64,000 nt of DNA from an uncultured Gammaproteobacteria bacterium (GTDB lineage: Bacteria > Patescibacteriota > Microgenomatia > CAZETR01 > Amesbacteraceae). Below are positions 61,513 through 64,000 of this stretch, piece after piece (the first letter of the stretch is position 1; every line of letters begins with the position of its first letter). The stretch lies in assembly GCA_964543035.1 (NCBI GenBank), contig CAZIVL010000002.1, forward strand, positions 58,340 to 122,339. The letters are read 5' to 3'. Under the pieces are notes generated by a model, which was not told the DNA's origin, made no database searches, and saw only the letters and a program-made list of their open reading frames with translations. The translations under genes and the position numbers were made by a program.

Positions 61513-64000
61513 ATGACCGATATACAATTACAATCTGCCCTTGTAAAAAAGACCAGGGGAAGGCCCAAAAAGACAAATGGACACGTCAAAACAGAGGTGG
61601 TAAAGAGTGAAGTGGTGTGGCCCACCAAGATCATGAAGAGAGATGGGCGGGAAGTGGAATTTGACATAAAGAGAATAGAGCGAGCGATTGAAAAATGTTT
61701 TTTGGAGATGAAAAAACAACCAGAAACTTCGTATGAGGAGTTGGGGCGCCGGGTCGTAAATATAGTGGCAGCAAAATATACAGAGCCCACTGTCGAACAA
61801 GTACAAGACATTGTAGAAATGGTACTCCAGGCCGCCGGTGAATTTGAGGCTGCTAAAAGATATATCCTCTACCGAGCTGAAAAAGCAAAACTTCGAGAAG
61901 TAAGACCTGTACCTGCTTCGGTCAAAGCGGCTTTTGAGGAAGCGGATAAATATTTTCCCACTCAACTACAAAAATTTCAGTTTTTTGATAAGTACTCACG
62001 ATTTAATTATGACCTAGGTAGACGCGAAACCTGGGTGGAGACGGTGGACCGCTCGATCGATTTTTTGCGAGATCTGACAAAACAAACTACGGGACTGCCG
62101 GAAGCAACATTTGACCGACTGCGAAAATCGATACTGAAAATGGAAGCGGCGCCATCGATGCGACTCCTGGCTATGGCGGGGTCTGCGGCTAAGAGATCCA
62201 ATATTGCTATCTATAACTGCTCGTATCAGCCGGTGGAAAGCATTGATTCTTTTGTGGAGGCACTCTTGATCTCTATGAACGGGTGCGGAGTAGGATTTTC
62301 GGTAGAAGGAAAATATGTGGAGAGCCTGCCGCGAGTCAAAAGACAAATCCAGTCACTACCGCTCAAATACACAGTAGAAGATTCGACTGAGGGGTGGGCT
62401 AATGCAGTGCGACTGGGACTGTCTACTTGGTTTGAGGGAGGAGATATCCAGTTTGATTATTCTCAAGTCAGACCAGCGGGGGCGATACTAAAAATCAAGG
62501 GAGGAAGAGCGTCAGGTCCTGACCCTTTACGCAAAATGCTGGATTTTGCCCGGGCGAGAATACTATCTAGACAAGGCAGCTTCCTGCGCCCAATTGACGC
62601 TCACGACATCATGTGTGAAGTGGGAAATGCGGCCGTGTCGGGAGGGATGAGGAGGACCGCTATGATCTCGCTATTTGACTGGGATGATGAAGAAATGCGT
62701 AACTGCAAAAGTGGTGACTTTGAGCGGGAAAACTCACAAAGGTGGAATGCCAACAATTCTGTCGTCTGGCCGGACCGGGGAATCACGCAAGAAGAACTGA
62801 TGACCCAGATGCTGGAGATGGCCAAAGGGGGAAGAGGAGAGCCGGGAATATTTAATAGGCGGGGAGCCATCGATATGAGGCCGGCCAGAAGACAGGCGGC
62901 TGAGTTTGGGACCAATCCTTGTGTTACTGCTGATACCTGGGTAATGACAAGTAATGGCCCGAGGCAAGTAAATGATTTGATAGGGAATGATTATGTGGCG
63001 GTCGTGAACGGTAAAAAGTTTTTGGCCAAAGGATTTTGGAAAACAGGTGAGAAATTGGTATTGAAAGTCACAACAAAAGAAGGCCTTAGTCTGAAATTAA
63101 CCGACAACCATAAGGTTCTGTCGGTCCCTTATATGAGCAGGAAAATTGAGAAGACTGAGTGGGTAGAGGCGGGGAAATTGAAGATTGGCGATAAGATAAA
63201 AATTCACAATCATGGAAATAACTCGTGGGCAGGTGAGGGTAATGTCGACGGTGGATGGTTGTTGGGTTCATTAGTGGGTGATGGGACTTTTGATAAAAGG
63301 ACTGCCCATCTTACTTATTGGGGAGAAAATAGGTTAGCTATGGCACAGAAGGCAACGGAGTTTATCCATAAAAACTTGAATGCTAGGTCTGACCTGAGTG
63401 GACACAATCAGATTAAACACAACAGAAGCACAATAGGATCTGTCGGATTGATGGAATATGCGGCTGATTTTGGAATCAAATGGGGATTGAAGACCGTGAC
63501 TGACTTGGTCGAAAAAGGATCGAGTGATTTTTATAAGGGTTTTTTGCAAGGGTTATTTGATGCTGATGGGACAGTTGGCGGAACTCAGGAGAAAGGTGTG
63601 AGTGTGAGGTTGGCTCAGTCGGACTACTCTTTATTGGAAGGTGTGCAAAGGATGTTGCTAAGACTGGGAATCGCATCTGTGATCTATAAGAATCGTCGTA
63701 TTTCAGGTATGAGAAAACTGCCTGATGGTCATGGTGGGTACAAACTGTTTGATTGTAGAGCAGACCATGAGTTGGTAATTGCTAACGATAACTTAAACAG
63801 ATTTGCAGGAGTGATTAATTTTTCTGATCCTGATAAGAAAGCTCGGTTGGATGTAGCGATGGGATCATACAAAAGGAAATTGAATAGAGAGAGATTTGTG
63901 GTTACGGTGGAAAAAGTGGAAGTGGTGGGAGTAGAAGATGTATACGACTGCGCTGTTGATGTGGTTCATGCATTTGATGCTAATGGACTATATGTACACA
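61513..64000 (+). CDS. ribonucleotide reductase catalytic subunit with N-terminal ATP-cone, probably class II/adenosylcobalamin-type by the NPC(GE)-type active site; contains an intein; 3' end beyond window
   Basis: Frame-1 ORF open from the ATG at 61513 to the window end (not in the ORF track because no stop is reached). ATP cone KIMKRDGREVEFDIKRIERAIEKCF; radical-site context GTNP then C at 62920. Confidence 0.75.
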   Translation, partial: MTDIQLQSALVKKTRGRPKKTNGHVKTEVVKSEVVWPTKIMKRDGREVEFDIKRIERAIEKCFLEMKKQPETSYEELGRRVVNIVAAKYTEPTVEQVQDIVEMVLQAAGEFEAAKRYILYRAEKAKLREVRPVPASVKAAFEEADKYFPTQLQKFQFFDKYSRFNYDLGRRETWVETVDRSIDFLRDLTKQTTGLPEATFDRLRKSILKMEAAPSMRLLAMAGSAAKRSNIAIYNCSYQPVESIDSFVEALLISMNGCGVGFSVEGKYVESLPRVKRQIQSLPLKYTVEDSTEGWANAVRLGLSTWFEGGDIQFDYSQVRPAGAILKIKGGRASGPDPLRKMLDFARARILSRQGSFLRPIDAHDIMCEVGNAAVSGGMRRTAMISLFDWDDEEMRNCKSGDFERENSQRWNANNSVVWPDRGITQEELMTQMLEMAKGGRGEPGIFNRRGAIDMRPARRQAAEFGTNPCVTADTWVMTSNGPRQVNDLIGNDYVAVVNGKKFLAKGFWKTGEKLVLKVTTKEGLSLKLTDNHKVLSVPYMSRKIEKTEWVEAGKLKIGDKIKIHNHGNNSWAGEGNVDGGWLLGSLVGDGTFDKRTAHLTYWGENRLAMAQKATEFIHKNLNARSDLSGHNQIKHNRSTIGSVGLMEYAADFGIKWGLKTVTDLVEKGSSDFYKGFLQGLFDADGTVGGTQEKGVSVRLAQSDYSLLEGVQRMLLRLGIASVIYKNRRISGMRKLPDGHGGYKLFDCRADHELVIANDNLNRFAGVINFSDPDKKARLDVAMGSYKRKLNRERFVVTVEKVEVVGVEDVYDCAVDVVHAFDANGLYVH
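62920..64000 (+). mobile_element. intein with LAGLIDADG homing-endonuclease domain inserted at the RNR active-site Cys
   Basis: Block A CVTADTWVMTSNGPRQVNDL directly after N-P; LAGLIDADG motifs GWLLGSLVGDGTF and GFLQGLFDADGTV; block F/G EDVYDCAVDVVHAFDANGLYVH, where the terminal Asn codon would fall just past position 64000. Confidence 0.8.

Noticed and set aside
1-64000. Alternative genetic code (UGA or UAG recoding) as seen in some candidate phyla
   Set aside because: TGA serves as the stop at several conserved ATGA gene junctions (e.g. 6607-6610, 9712-9718, 15462-15465, 17555-17558, 37596-37599), and long ORFs are intact under code 11. The single in-frame TAG at 48446 is better explained as a pseudogene or a sequencing error.
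1-64000. Integrase, transposase or phage genes marking a mobile element
   Set aside because: None of the translated ORFs shows tyrosine/serine recombinase, DDE transposase, terminase or capsid signatures. The only clearly selfish element is the intein.

Overview
The window is 64 kb of bacterial DNA, about 45% GC. Genes are tightly packed, many are joined by ATGA start/stop overlaps, and the standard genetic code is used (TGA works as a stop at several of those junctions). The gene content is consistent with a small-genome monoderm bacterium, possibly Patescibacteria/CPR; that placement is inference only. The evidence for it is an archaeal-type short TIM, a split transketolase, a class I FBA, three 'four-helix-bundle / 23S IVS' proteins, a DUF5667-like protein and large PT-linker pilus proteins. 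Reading left to right: (1) a tRNA 3'-end-like fragment followed by a block of small stress/accessory genes (GNAT, VOC/PhnB-like, DUF2200, TspO, YdeI-like, cupin, DUF1801, DUF1761). (2) A PAS histidine kinase and CheY-like regulator, then a type IV pilus locus (PilB, PilC, three prepilin-type proteins including a 603-aa one, a 515-aa PT-rich protein, the major pilin). (3) A copper operon, csoR-copA-(membrane protein fused to a cupredoxin-like domain)-copZ, with a C/G-rich palindromic operator over the promoter, then an ABC exporter. (4) A ferric-reductase-like flavocytochrome gene divergent from a cyclophilin gene and a membrane-anchored protein with three tandem cytochrome b5 domains. (5) A beta-CASP MBL RNase-like gene. 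(6) A SipW-type signal peptidase operon with three TasA/camelysin-like paralogs carrying the AFFSDTE SipW-cognate signal peptide. (7) DUF948/YtxH stress proteins, UppP, and two cupredoxin paralogs interleaved with secreted proteins. (8) A long sugar-phosphate metabolism block (TIM, SDR, RpiB, short PGK-like, LepB, GAPDH, RPE-like, LOG, split transketolase, class I FBA, PfkB kinase, 2-hydroxyacid dehydrogenase). (9) A cell-wall block (beta-lactamase-like, GT2, two class A PBPs). (10) A cluster of unknowns (HExxH protein, zinc-ribbon protein, HEPN-like protein, DUF5667-like). (11) nrdR followed by a ribonucleotide reductase gene interrupted at the catalytic NPC site by a LAGLIDADG intein; this gene runs off the window end. 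No CRISPR array, rRNA, integrase or transposase was found.
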